Shown here in pieces: positions 1 to 10,029 of a stretch of DNA of 64,000 bases (positions are counted from its first letter, which is position 1; each line of letters opens with the position of its first letter). The DNA lies in IMG/VR virus record IMGVR_UViG_3300008117_004657, positions 8,978 through 72,977 of that record; one strand, written 5' to 3'. The translations under genes were made by a program, and so were the position numbers. The stretch comes from a virus. Below the pieces are notes generated by a model, which worked only from the letters and a program-made list of their open reading frames with translations, was not told the origin of the DNA and ran no database searches.

Positions 1-2870
1 TAAACACCAGAAGTTACTGCTCTTTGATCCGCCGTATTAGCCTGTCCATAAGCAGCATTAGCATAAACACCAGAAGTTACTGCTCTTTGATCGGCAGTAT
101 TAGCACCAGTGAAAGCAGAATTGGCATAACTACCAGATGCCACAGCTCTTTGATCAGCCGTATTAGCCGCAACAAAAGCACCATTAGCATAACTTGATGC
201 TGAGTTGGCAGTATCATAAGCAGCATTAGCGTGTGGTCTAGCATAATTATCTACTGAACCAGAAGATACCGAATTAGCTAAAGCATAAGCAGCATTAGCA
301 TAAACACCTGAAGTTACTGCTCTTTGATCTGCTGTTGCTGCATTTGTTGTGGCAGTATTTGCTTGACCATATGCTGAATTAGCATAAGAACCAGATGTTA
401 CTGCTCTTTGATCTGCTGTATTAGCTGCACTAAACGAAGTATTAGCATAAACACCAGAAGTTACAGCTCTTTGATCTGATGTATTAGCAGCACTAAACCC
501 AGAATTAGCATACGAACCACTTGTTACAGCTCTTTGATCAGCCGTTGTTGCATTTGTTGTAGCGGTGTTAGCTTGAGTATAAGCAGAGTTAGCATAAGAT
601 CCTGATGCAACAGCTTTTTGATCCGCCGTATTAGCCTGGTCATATGCAGTATTAGCATAAACACCAGAAGTTACAGATTTTTGATCAGCGGTAGCAGCGT
701 TAGTGGTAGCAGTGTTAGCTTGGCCGTATGCTGAATTGGCATAACTCGAAGCAGCATTAGCAGCATTTCTTACCCAAGTATCAGTTGAATTATTAGCAGC
801 TGCAAAAGCAGCATTAGCATATACTCCCGAAGTTACTGCTTTTTGATCAGCCGTATTAGCTGCAACAAAAGCACCGTTAGCATAACTAGACGCTGAATTG
901 GCAACACCAAATGCAGCATTAGCATGAGGTCTAGCGTAAGTGTCTACAGCACCAGATGATATAGAATTAGCTAAAGCGTATGCTGAGTTAGCATAAGAAC
1001 CAGCAATTATAGCATTAGTATTTGCGGTATTCGCACCAACAAATGCAGAATTCGCATAAGAACTAGCCGAGTCTGATTTTTGACTAGATGTATTCGCGGT
1101 TGCAAATGCCGAGTTAGCATAAGATTCTGTGGATTGTGCCGCTACGTTATCATAAAACGCACCATTATTTGTAAACTGCCATGATTTTAGTGTTTCGTTC
1201 CATCTAAATTGCACTGGAGTTTCATCACCACGTATAACTCTTAATCCAGCACTTTCAGTAGGATTACCTACAGTAAAATTACTATTCAGGTCGATGATGT
1301 TATCAGCTAACTGTATAGTTTCTGTATTAACTATAGTTTGCGTTCCACTTATACTTAAATTACCATTAATTACAACATCACCAGAAATCGTACCGCCTGA
1401 TGAGGAATATCTTGTGTTAGCTAAAGTATATGCTGAATTAGCATAACTACCAGATGTTACAGCTTTTTGATCGGCTGTTGCAGCATTAGTGGTAGCAGTA
1501 TTTGCCTGGCCATATGCAGAGTTAGCATAGGATCCACTTGTTACAGCTTTTTGATCGGATGTATTAGCGGTAACAAATGCTGAATTGGCGTATGATCCAG
1601 ATGAAACTGCTTTTTGATCAGCTGTGTTAGCAAGACCATAAGCATCATTGGCGTAAGTGCCTGAAGTTACTGCTCTTTGATCGGCCGTGTTTGCTGAAAT
1701 AAAAGCAGAATTGGCATAATCACCACTTGTTACTGCTCGCTGGTCAGCAGTAGCAGCATTGTTAGTTGCTGTATTGGCTTGACCAAATGCTGAGTTAGCA
1801 TACGAACCTGAAGTTACAGCTTTTTGATCCGCTGTCGCAGCATTGGTAGTTGCTGTGTTGGCCTGTCCGTAGGCTGAGTTAGCGTAGGTGCCAGATGAAA
1901 CCGCTTTTTGATCTGCTGTAGCAGCGTTGTTTGTTGCTGTATTGGCCTGTCCATAGGCTGAGTTAGCATAATCTCCAGCACTTACAGCTTTTTGATCTGC
2001 TGTAGCAGCGTTGTTTGTTGCTGTATTGGCCTGTCCATAGGCTGAGTTAGCATATGAACCAGAAGTTATTGCTCTCTGATCAGCCGTATTAGCAATAGCA
2101 TATCCAGCATTAGCATAAACTGAAGCTGAATTTGCTGTACCGTAAGCAGCATTGGCGTAAGTGCCAGAAGATGATGAAAATTGCGTCGCACTATTAGCAA
2201 CACTATAAGCAGAATTGGCATAATCACCTGAAGTTACAGCACGTTGATCAGCAGTATTAGCCGTGTTAAATGCAGCATTAGCATAAGAACCACTTGTTAC
2301 TGCACGTTGATCTGCTGTAGCTGCATTGGTAGTTGCTGTGTTAGCCTGCCCATAAGCAGCGTTAGCATAAGAACCACTTGTTACAGCACGTTGATCAGCT
2401 GTATTTGCTGCAGCAAATCCAGAATTAGCATAATCACCAGATGTTACTGCTCTTTGATCCGCAGTCGCAGCATTTGTTGTTGCTGTATTAGCCTGACCAT
2501 AAGCAGCATTAGCATATGTACCGCTCGTTACTGCTCTTTGATCTGCGGTGTTAGCAACATTAAATCCCGAATTAGCATAATCACCTGAAGTTACAGCACG
2601 CTGATCTGCGGTATTAGCAACACCAAATCCTGAATTAGCATAATCACCTGAAGTTACGGCACGCTGATCTGCGGTATTCGCTGTTCCATAAGCACTGTTA
2701 GCATATGATCCTGAAGTTACGGCTCTTTGATCAGCAGTATTTGCTTGCCCATAAGCAGCGTTAGCGTAAACTCCAGAAGAATTAGCGGTTAGATGTGCTG
2801 AGTTAGCATCTAACTGAACTTTTTTTAGTTTACTGTCAGTAGATTGGTTACCAATGTAAGTATATGACAT
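1..2870 (-). CDS. Long tail fibre/adhesin-like protein with 21/28-aa heptad repeats (3' end runs off the window)
   Basis: ATG at 2870 (MSYTYIGNQSTDSK...). The same frame still reads S-G-V at base 3, so it is missing from the ORF track only because there is no stop in the window. Repeats ADQRAVTSGxYANSAYGQANT(ATTNAAT), plus one GGTISGDV...RGDETPVQFRWNE globular module near 1150-1400. Confidence 0.8.
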   Translation of the reverse strand, partial: MSYTYIGNQSTDSKLKKVQLDANSAHLTANSSGVYANAAYGQANTADQRAVTSGSYANSAYGTANTADQRAVTSGDYANSGFGVANTADQRAVTSGDYANSGFNVANTADQRAVTSGTYANAAYGQANTATTNAATADQRAVTSGDYANSGFAAANTADQRAVTSGSYANAAYGQANTATTNAATADQRAVTSGSYANAAFNTANTADQRAVTSGDYANSAYSVANSATQFSSSSGTYANAAYGTANSASVYANAGYAIANTADQRAITSGSYANSAYGQANTATNNAATADQKAVSAGDYANSAYGQANTATNNAATADQKAVSSGTYANSAYGQANTATTNAATADQKAVTSGSYANSAFGQANTATNNAATADQRAVTSGDYANSAFISANTADQRAVTSGTYANDAYGLANTADQKAVSSGSYANSAFVTANTSDQKAVTSGSYANSAYGQANTATTNAATADQKAVTSGSYANSAYTLANTRYSSSGGTISGDVVINGNLSISGTQTIVNTETIQLADNIIDLNSNFTVGNPTESAGLRVIRGDETPVQFRWNETLKSWQFTNNGAFYDNVAAQSTESYANSAFATANTSSQKSDSASSYANSAFVGANTANTNAIIAGSYANSAYALANSISSGAVDTYARPHANAAFGVANSASSYANGAFVAANTADQKAVTSGVYANAAFAAANNSTDTWVRNAANAASSYANSAYGQANTATTNAATADQKSVTSGVYANTAYDQANTADQKAVASGSYANSAYTQANTATTNATTADQRAVTSGSYANSGFSAANTSDQRAVTSGVYANTSFSAANTADQRAVTSGSYANSAYGQANTATTNAATADQRAVTSGVYANAAYALANSVSSGSVDNYARPHANAAYDTANSASSYANGAFVAANTADQRAVASGSYANSAFTGANTADQRAVTSGVYANAAYGQANTADQRAVTSGV

Positions 2871-2871
2871 G

Positions 2872-3198
2872 TTATGTTATTTCTAGTACGCTTAAGACAA
2901 CATCTAATGAAGTAGATGTATCTGATTGAACTTTAAGATAATCGCTAGCTTCCAAAACAAGTTTTTGATCTCCTCCAATAGGAACTAATGCACTTCCAGG
3001 TTCTATCGTCGCGCTTTTTACTAGAAAATAATCTGTTCCAGATGAATTTACAAAAACGGTAGCTTTTACATCACTTGCAGTAATGTTCGCAATAGTCATA
3101 CCTATTACAGTGGCTTGAACACCACTACCAGCTGTATAAACTGTTTCAGCTGTTTGTCCTACAGATTGTTTAAAACTATTCTTAAATGTATTCGGCAT
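2872..3198 (-). CDS. Small conserved phage (virion-associated) hypothetical protein
   Basis: 108-aa beta-rich ORF (MPNTFKN...GGDQKLVLEASD...SVLEIT) between fibre genes. GAGGA Shine-Dalgarno and a GATAAATA late-promoter-like box upstream. Confidence 0.75.
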   Translation of the reverse strand: MPNTFKNSFKQSVGQTAETVYTAGSGVQATVIGMTIANITASDVKATVFVNSSGTDYFLVKSATIEPGSALVPIGGDQKLVLEASDYLKVQSDTSTSLDVVLSVLEIT

Positions 3199-3221
3199 TT
3201 ATTTTCCTCAATAAATGATAT

Positions 3222-4445
3222 TTATCCTAACGCAATGGCAAAGGCTAAAGCATCTGCTAAAGCAGTATTTGCCGCTACATAAGAGGCATTTGCATGAGCA
3301 TATACACTATTTGCATAATTAACTGGATCATAACCACGAACTAATATAGATTGAGTTACGACATTAGCTTTTAAATTAGCAATTACAAAACTTGTATTTG
3401 ATACGTCAATAGTATTATTTGGCGTAACTGTATCAAAACTTGGATCTTCATAATTTTCAAACAGATAATATACACCATCTGATGCATCACGGAACAAACC
3501 GGTATGTCTCTTATTTACACCTGCGTCCTGACTATAATGTCCAAAAAAACCAATATCTAGTGCATCTGAAGTTTCATTATTAGAAGCTAACTGAATTAAC
3601 GAGTCATCTATTCTTAAGGTCGATACGTTAATTGTAGAAGCATTTCCAGATATGACTAAATTACCAGTAATTAAAACGTCACCAGAGATTGTACCGCCAA
3701 CAGAATCAAACTTATTATTTGCTAAACCATACGCACTGTTAGCATAATCACCAGATGTTACTGCACGTTGATCAGCAGTAGCAGCATTAGTGGTAGCAGT
3801 GTTGGCTTGACCATACGCACTGTTAGCATAATCACCTGAAGTTACAGCACGTTGGTCTGCTACACCAGAACTATTAATAGCACTATTAGCCTGACCATAA
3901 GCAGCATTAGCATATGTACCGCTCGTTACTGCTCTTTGATCTGCGGTATTAGCAACACCAAATCCTGAATTAGCATAATCACCTGAAGTTACAGCACGCT
4001 GATCAGCTGTTGCAGCATTGGTAGTTGCTGTATTGGCTTGGCCATAAGCAGCATTAGCGTAAGCACCAGAAGTTACAGCACGTTGATCAGCTGTATTTGC
4101 TGCGACAAAGGCACCATTAGCATATGTACCACTCGTTACAGCTCTTTGATCGGATGTGTTAGCCGTACCAAATGCCGAGTTGGCATAATCACCTGAAGTT
4201 ACAGCACGTTGATCCGCAGTAGCAGCATTGTTAGTTGCTGTATTGGCTTGACTATATGCTGAGTTAGCATATGAACCTGATGTTACAGCTCTTTGATCAG
4301 CAGTATTAGCTTGTCCATATGCGCTGTTAGCATAATCACCTGAAGTTACTGCACGTTGATCTGCTGTAGCTGCATTGGTGGTAGCAGTGTTGGCTTGGCC
4401 ATAAGCCGCATTAGCATAACTACCTGAAGTTACGGCTCTTTGGTC
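3222..4445 (-). pseudogene. C-terminal fragment of the long tail fibre gene (no start of its own)
   Basis: 408-codon frame from DQRAVTSG at 4445 to the stop at 3222. Contains repeats, a GGTISGDV module, HTGLFRDASDG and the end ALAFAIALG. The ORF track shows only the last 91 aa. Confidence 0.7.
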
Positions 4446-5065
4446 AAAGAGCTCTCAAACCTGCATTTTCAGTAGGGTTACTTCCAATTTGTTCTATATT
4501 GACATCAATTATTCCATCTTGTACTATGAAATGTGGAACACTAAATTCAGCCGTGTTACCTTGAATAGTTACATTACCTGTGATGATAACGTCACCACTT
4601 ACTGTACCACCAGAAGATGAGAACTTACCATTCGCAGTAGAAAATGCCGAGTTAGCATAAGATCCGGCACTTACTGCTTTCTGATCAGCTGTTGCAGCAT
4701 TTGTTGTGGCGGTATTAGCTTGAGCGTAAGCAGAATTAGCATATCTACCAGAAGTTGTTGCTCTTTGATCCGATGTGTTAGCTGTACTAAATGCTGAGTT
4801 AGCGTAATCACCTGAAGTAACTGCTCTTTGGTCTGCTGTGGTTGCACTAGTAGTTGCTGTGTTAGCTTGACCATAAGCAGCATTAGCATAAGTGCCTGAA
4901 ACTACAGATTTAGCATCAGCAGTATTAGCTTGTACATATGCACTGTTAGCGTAATCACCTGAAGTTACTGCACGTTGATCTGCTGTAGCTGCATTGGTGG
5001 TAGCAGTGTTGGCTTGGCCATAAGCCGCATTAGCATAACTACCTGAAGTTACGGCTCTTTGGTCA
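4333..5065. repeat. Exact 114-bp direct repeat (4333-4446 and 4952-5065)
   Basis: Identical 'taatcacctgaagttactgcacg…tacggctctttggtca'. The right end of each copy coincides with a reading-frame break. Confidence 0.9.
4444..5064 (-). pseudogene. Middle fragment of the long tail fibre gene
   Basis: 207-codon frame starting DQRAVTSG. It ends abruptly inside a globular module (…NPTENAGLRAL-stop), where the sister modules continue RG…WNE. Confidence 0.7.
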
Positions 5066-8000
5066 TCGTGGTGGCTGTGTTAGCTTGACCATAAGCAGCA
5101 TTAGCATAAGTGCCTGAAACTACAGATTTAGCATCAGCAGTATTCGCTGCAACAAAGGCACCATTTGCGTATGAACCAGCACTTACAGCTTTCAAATCAG
5201 CTGTCGCAGCACTATTATTTGCGGTATTTGCCTGTGAATAAGCAGAGTTCGCATAGCTACCTGATGTTACCGCTCTTTGGTCAGCAGTATTAGCGGTACT
5301 AAATGAAGCATTGGCATAATCACCAGAAGTAACCGCTCTTTGATCGGCTATTGCTGCATTAGTGGTAGCAGTGTTAGCTTGACCGTATGCTGAGTTAGCG
5401 TAAGATCCGGAACTTACGGCTTTCTGGTCAGCAGTATTCGATGCAGCGTAAGCTGAATTTGCATAAACACCTGTAGTATTTTGTGCAACAAAGGCCGCAT
5501 TAGCATAAACTTCTGATGAAGAAGATGCTACATTTACAAAATTTGTACCGTCTACAGTATATTGCCAATAATCTACACTTTCATTCCAAATAAAAGATAC
5601 ATTCGAAGATAAACCTCTATCAATTTCTAAACCAGCATTAAATGTGGGAACATCCGCTTGGCCAATAGATGCGTTTAACGTAACAATATTATCTTTAATT
5701 AAAATTGTTTCCGTGTTAGCGTATACTGTAGTTCCAACGATTGTTAAATTACCAGAAACAGTAACATCACCAGAAATTGTTCCACCAGAACTAGAGAACT
5801 TACTATTTGCTGTTCCGTAAGCAGCGTTAGCATATACACCTGTAGTATTCTGCGAATCAAAAGCGGCATTAGCTTTTAAGAAAGCTGAATTGGCGTAATT
5901 GGATCCAACATTTTGAGAATCAAAAGCCGCATTTGCTTGTAAATATGCAGCGTTAGCATATACACCGGTAGTATTTTGACTAGTAAATGCTGCATTAGCA
6001 TAAGCACCAGAAATTACTGCTCGTTGATCCGAAGTATTAGCAGCAGCAAATGCAGCATTAGTGTATACTCCAGTGGTGTTCTGACTTATAAATGCTGCGT
6101 TAGCATAAGCACCTGTAGTGTTCTGTGAATTAAAAGCTGCATTAGCATGTAAATAGGCAGTGTTTGCATAAACTTCTGCCGCTGCAGATCCCACAAAACT
6201 ATACAAAATTCCATCATTTGTAAAGGTCCATCTTAATAAAGATTCATTCCATCTAAATTGAACTGGAACTTCATCACCACGAATGACTCTAATACCAGCA
6301 TTTTGCGTCGGAGTACCTATAGTCTCGGCCGAAATATCGATAATATTATCTTCAATCGAAAGACTAGGCACACTTACTGTTACAGAAGAACCTTGTATTG
6401 TTAGGTTCGCATTAATTGTAACATCACCAGAAATTGTACCACCAGCAGAAGCAAATTTTGTGTTTGCTAATGCGTGTGCAGAGTTTGCGTGACTATAAGC
6501 AGCATTTACATGTGGTCTAGCATAAAAATCTATCGATGATGCAGCAAGAGTATTTGCAAAATTAAAAGATGCATTTGCATGAATATACGCTGTATTCGAT
6601 TGATTAAAAGAAGCATTTGCGGTATCATACGCAGCTTGACCTGTTGCTAAATCAATAATTGAGTTTGCCTTCGCATAGGAAGCAAGTGCAATAATTACAG
6701 CAAGATTTGCTTGTAAATGTGCCGAGTTAGCAAAGGCAAAATTTAAGTTGCCATTAGCATAAGAGGCATTAGCATGATTTCTTGCATATATGTCAGTTGC
6801 ACCTAATGATATTGTATTTGCATAAGCAAATGCAGCATTAGAATGTATAAAGGCGGAGTTAGCATAAGAACCAACCACATTTGCAACACTGTTTGACGAA
6901 TCAAATGCTGCATTTGCTCTATCGAAAGCAGATTGGTTAAATGTTGGACTCGTAGCATTAGCAGCTGCAAATGCAGCATTAGCCTGTAGATATGCTGCGT
7001 TAGCATGTTCACTAGGAGTATTGGCTTTTGTAAACGCAGAATTTACCGTGTTATATACAACATTCAAAACACTTATAGTGGTGTTTACGGTTGCAAAAGC
7101 CGCATTTGTTCTATTAAATGCCGAAGCAACTGAAACAGTAGATTGAGTTCCTACCGCAAAAGCAGTATTAGCCAAATCGAAAGCGGCATTGGCATAAGAA
7201 CTTGCTGCTCCCGATCCTACATTACTATAGTTTGAACCATCATTTGTAAATGTCCAACTATCTGTGGTTTCATTCCAAATAAAATAAACATTTGGAGATG
7301 AACCTCTTTCTACTTCAATACCAGCATCTTGAGTTGGTTCTGCTGCTTGACCCAAATCAGCATTAAGTGTGATGATATTATCACCGATATTCAACTGATT
7401 TGTTGCTATGTAATTTACATTACCAGTTACAGTTAAATTACCTGTAACTGTTAAGTTACCCGAAACTGTACCGCCACTTAAATTTAACTTAGAATTTGCA
7501 GTGTTATATGAAGCGTTTGCGTGAGCATATGCAAGTGTCGTCGATATATTTGTTGTGGTAGAAACGTAAAAAGCATTTATTGCATCATTCTGTACCGCAT
7601 CTATATTGTCAGATAAAGCGTCAACTAAAGCAGCAGTATTAGAAGATGTGCTTAAAGAACTATTAGCAACTGCAAAAGCAGCATTTACTGTAGTTGATAT
7701 ATAACTAGCTAAATTATATGCTTGATTAGCAGTTTCACTAGCATTTATATCTGTATTAGCTGCAACAAAAGCTGCATTTGCGTGTACGTAAGAATTTAAA
7801 GAACTTAATAGTGCAATATTAGCTATTTCAAAACTGGCGTTAGCATATAAAGAAGCACTTACAACATTGTTTGCAGTATTGAAGGCTGCGTTAGCATGAT
7901 TAAATGCCGTTTGATTAAAAGATGGTGTTGAAGTGTTTGCCGCATTAAAGGCCGCCTGCGCCAATACGTTTGCTAAATTAGCTTTCTCAAAAGCCGCATC

Positions 8001-8537
8001 AGATTGTTGCTGTGTTGCTACTGATATTGATAGATTCGAAGCCTGAGTAATTCTACCACTTTCATCTACAGTGATTACAGGAATTGTTGTGGAATTACCA
8101 TAAGTTCCTGCGTTAACGCCAGTAGAATCCAATTCTGTCTGAATAGTAACAGAATTACTAAAAGTTGTTACTGCTGTTCCGTTAAGGTTTCCAGTTAAAA
8201 TTATTTCAACGGGGTTAAAAATAGAATTAGCAGAATTTGCTATACCATCTAAATTACCAATAAATCCAGGTGTAACAACCGAGGTTGAAACAAAAACGCG
8301 AGATTGTATATCACCAGCTGCATTTCTCTCAACTATAGTATTAGAAGAAGTTGTATTACTTCTTCTATCCAACATATTAGTATAATATGAACCGCCAATG
8401 ATTTCATAAGAACCTGCGTCTGTTCCTATGAATAAATTTCCCGAAACAAAAGAATAAGCTAATTCGCCGCCTAATAATTGATTTGGTTCTGGAGTAGTAT
8501 TCGCTGTAGAATACTTTGTTACAATTGCTGTTGACAC
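5049..8537 (-). CDS. Long tail fibre protein, N-terminal part (frameshifted near 5065)
   Basis: GTG start, 1162 aa. N-terminal GELAYSF…LFIG fibre anchor, GVNAGTYG…ITVDESGRIT motif, Ala/Asn-rich coiled repeats and three GGT(V/I)SG…RG…WNE modules. Confidence 0.85.
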   Translation of the reverse strand: MSTAIVTKYSTANTTPEPNQLLGGELAYSFVSGNLFIGTDAGSYEIIGGSYYTNMLDRRSNTTSSNTIVERNAAGDIQSRVFVSTSVVTPGFIGNLDGIANSANSIFNPVEIILTGNLNGTAVTTFSNSVTIQTELDSTGVNAGTYGNSTTIPVITVDESGRITQASNLSISVATQQQSDAAFEKANLANVLAQAAFNAANTSTPSFNQTAFNHANAAFNTANNVVSASLYANASFEIANIALLSSLNSYVHANAAFVAANTDINASETANQAYNLASYISTTVNAAFAVANSSLSTSSNTAALVDALSDNIDAVQNDAINAFYVSTTTNISTTLAYAHANASYNTANSKLNLSGGTVSGNLTVTGNLTVTGNVNYIATNQLNIGDNIITLNADLGQAAEPTQDAGIEVERGSSPNVYFIWNETTDSWTFTNDGSNYSNVGSGAASSYANAAFDLANTAFAVGTQSTVSVASAFNRTNAAFATVNTTISVLNVVYNTVNSAFTKANTPSEHANAAYLQANAAFAAANATSPTFNQSAFDRANAAFDSSNSVANVVGSYANSAFIHSNAAFAYANTISLGATDIYARNHANASYANGNLNFAFANSAHLQANLAVIIALASYAKANSIIDLATGQAAYDTANASFNQSNTAYIHANASFNFANTLAASSIDFYARPHVNAAYSHANSAHALANTKFASAGGTISGDVTINANLTIQGSSVTVSVPSLSIEDNIIDISAETIGTPTQNAGIRVIRGDEVPVQFRWNESLLRWTFTNDGILYSFVGSAAAEVYANTAYLHANAAFNSQNTTGAYANAAFISQNTTGVYTNAAFAAANTSDQRAVISGAYANAAFTSQNTTGVYANAAYLQANAAFDSQNVGSNYANSAFLKANAAFDSQNTTGVYANAAYGTANSKFSSSGGTISGDVTVSGNLTIVGTTVYANTETILIKDNIVTLNASIGQADVPTFNAGLEIDRGLSSNVSFIWNESVDYWQYTVDGTNFVNVASSSSEVYANAAFVAQNTTGVYANSAYAASNTADQKAVSSGSYANSAYGQANTATTNAAIADQRAVTSGDYANASFSTANTADQRAVTSGSYANSAYSQANTANNSAATADLKAVSAGSYANGAFVAANTADAKSVVSGTYANAAYGQANTATTMTKEP

Positions 8538-8738
8538 TTAGAAACTTCCACCATTAATTACTGGAATTTCTTTCATAACAAATTTATTAGAACCAGCCTC
8601 ATAAGTCAAAACAAAACCGTCCTGAGATCCTTGAGTTTCTACATTATTTAATTGAGAGAGACTTAGATTTGCAGTTCTAGCCACGGTAACAGAAGATATG
8701 GTTGTTTTTTGCGGCTTTACGTTTACATTTATTGGCAT
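8538..8738 (-). CDS. Small phage structural hypothetical protein
   Basis: 66 aa, ends …DGFVLTY…INGGSF, a pattern typical of small virion proteins in T4-like phages. Tightly packed with its neighbours. Confidence 0.65.
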   Translation of the reverse strand: MPINVNVKPQKTTISSVTVARTANLSLSQLNNVETQGSQDGFVLTYEAGSNKFVMKEIPVINGGSF

Positions 8739-8740
8739 TT

Positions 8741-9073
8741 TTATCTCGTTACGTTAGGGAGGACAGTAATTATACCTTCAAATATTCGTGTCACTTCACC
8801 TGCACCATCATCTATTTCAACATCATAAACGTATCGTCCTGGGGTTAAATTTGCGGTATTTGCTGCCGACATTATCATAGTGATTTCTCCTATATTAGGA
8901 GTCGTCACCTGAACATTAAAATCGTATTTTGTTGAGGAATAATAAGATTTACGCATTTGAGACCTAGCGGTATAACCGAATAGGTTTTGACCAGCTCCAG
9001 TGCCATCATTCACTGTAATTACAGTATTAAAAGTAGCACCCTGATCTATTGTAAGTTCTACAAATTCAGCCAC
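8741..9073 (-). CDS. Conserved T4-like phage virion structural protein
   Basis: LTIDQGATF…ARSQMRKSY…GRYVYDVEI…RIFEGIITVLPNVTR pattern. AGGAG Shine-Dalgarno upstream. Confidence 0.75.
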   Translation of the reverse strand: MAEFVELTIDQGATFNTVITVNDGTGAGQNLFGYTARSQMRKSYYSSTKYDFNVQVTTPNIGEITMIMSAANTANLTPGRYVYDVEIDDGAGEVTRIFEGIITVLPNVTR

Positions 9074-9122
9074 ATTAAACTCCTCTTGTTAACGTGGTAT
9101 TTAGTCAAACCAATATCTTTAC

Positions 9123-9437
9123 CTAAACAGAAAAACTACTTCCGCAACCACAAGTTGTTTGTGCATTAGGATTTTCTATTGTAAAGGTATGGCCCATAAT
9201 ATCTTCTTTGAAATTCAAAGTTGCAGAACTTAAATATTGCATACTAAAAGAATCTACAAGAATAGAAAATCCATCAAGAGGAATTTCAAAATCATCTTCA
9301 GAAAGTTCTTCTTCAAAGTCGAATCCATATCTAAATCCAGAGCATCCTCCACCCTCAACGTAGACTCGCAAGTACTTATTTTCTTCATCTAAATATTGTT
9401 TAATTTCGTTGATCGCAGACTCGGTTACATTTAACAT
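9123..9437 (-). CDS. erpA: Iron-sulfur cluster insertion protein ErpA (HesB/IscA family)
   Basis: LRVYVEGGGCSGFRY and NPNAQTTCGCGSSF motifs. GGAGG Shine-Dalgarno. Confidence 0.92.
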   Translation of the reverse strand: MLNVTESAINEIKQYLDEENKYLRVYVEGGGCSGFRYGFDFEEELSEDDFEIPLDGFSILVDSFSMQYLSSATLNFKEDIMGHTFTIENPNAQTTCGCGSSFSV

Positions 9438-9471
9438 TAATACCTCCTATTAATACCTATATTTATTTTGC

Positions 9472-10029
9472 ATGGAAAAGACTATTTTAATGATACACAC
9501 GATTCAAGATAAACTCTTGAATCATCGATTGGAAGATTACATTTTAACATTTGATGACGGTCTTTACAACCATTTTTATTACTATCCAAAAATTAAAAAA
9601 CTAAAAACAGAAAAAATATTTTTTATTTCAACAGATATTATTTGTGACGGTAAACAATCCAAACTTTTTATTAATTCAGAAGAATGCCACAAAAAAGCTT
9701 ATATGGGTAATAAAGAAAATTTTATGACATTAGAACAGATAAAATATTTATCCGAAGAAAAAAATGTTTTCATTGGAGGACATTCACATTTTCATAAAAA
9801 TTTAAATTTGTTTTCTAACTTAAACGACACAATAAGTCATATTAAAAAAGACACTGAACTTATGTTAGAGTGGTTTCATAAAAAACTAAATTTATTTCCA
9901 AATAAGTTTTGTTTTCCTTATAATGATGACTTAAATGGATTATATAAATCGATATTGAAAACTTATGGTATTAATCAATTTTATGGAAAAGAAAGACTCG
10001 CAATAGAAAATATTAATTTGTCAAGTTGA
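9472..10029 (+). CDS. Polysaccharide deacetylase (NodB/CE4)-like protein
   Basis: LTFDDG, GGHSHFH and FCFPY motifs. Confidence 0.8.
   Translation: MEKTILMIHTIQDKLLNHRLEDYILTFDDGLYNHFYYYPKIKKLKTEKIFFISTDIICDGKQSKLFINSEECHKKAYMGNKENFMTLEQIKYLSEEKNVFIGGHSHFHKNLNLFSNLNDTISHIKKDTELMLEWFHKKLNLFPNKFCFPYNDDLNGLYKSILKTYGINQFYGKERLAIENINLSS

Larger units (their letters stand above)
1..5460. repeat. Degenerate coding tandem repeats, 63-nt and 84-nt units, in two arrays (about 1-2760 and 3730-5460)
   Basis: Recurrent 'gaagttac.gc.c.ttgatc' and 'ttagcata' motifs. Exact 68-bp copies at 1903-1970 and 1987-2054; exact 64-bp copies at 2486-2549 and 3884-3947. Confidence 0.9.

Noticed and set aside
2244-2588. 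Cys-rich 114-aa plus-strand ORF as a RiPP precursor
   Set aside because: It is the antisense shadow of the Ala-rich fibre repeats (GCA read as TGC). It has a TTG start, no Shine-Dalgarno, and lies far from the radical SAM genes.
4333-5065. Diversity-generating retroelement TR/VR pair
   Set aside because: The copies are identical rather than differing at adenines, and there is no reverse transcriptase in the window.
1-5460. CRISPR array
   Set aside because: The repeats are degenerate at third codon positions, are multiples of 21 nt, lie in open reading frames and have no unique spacers or cas genes.
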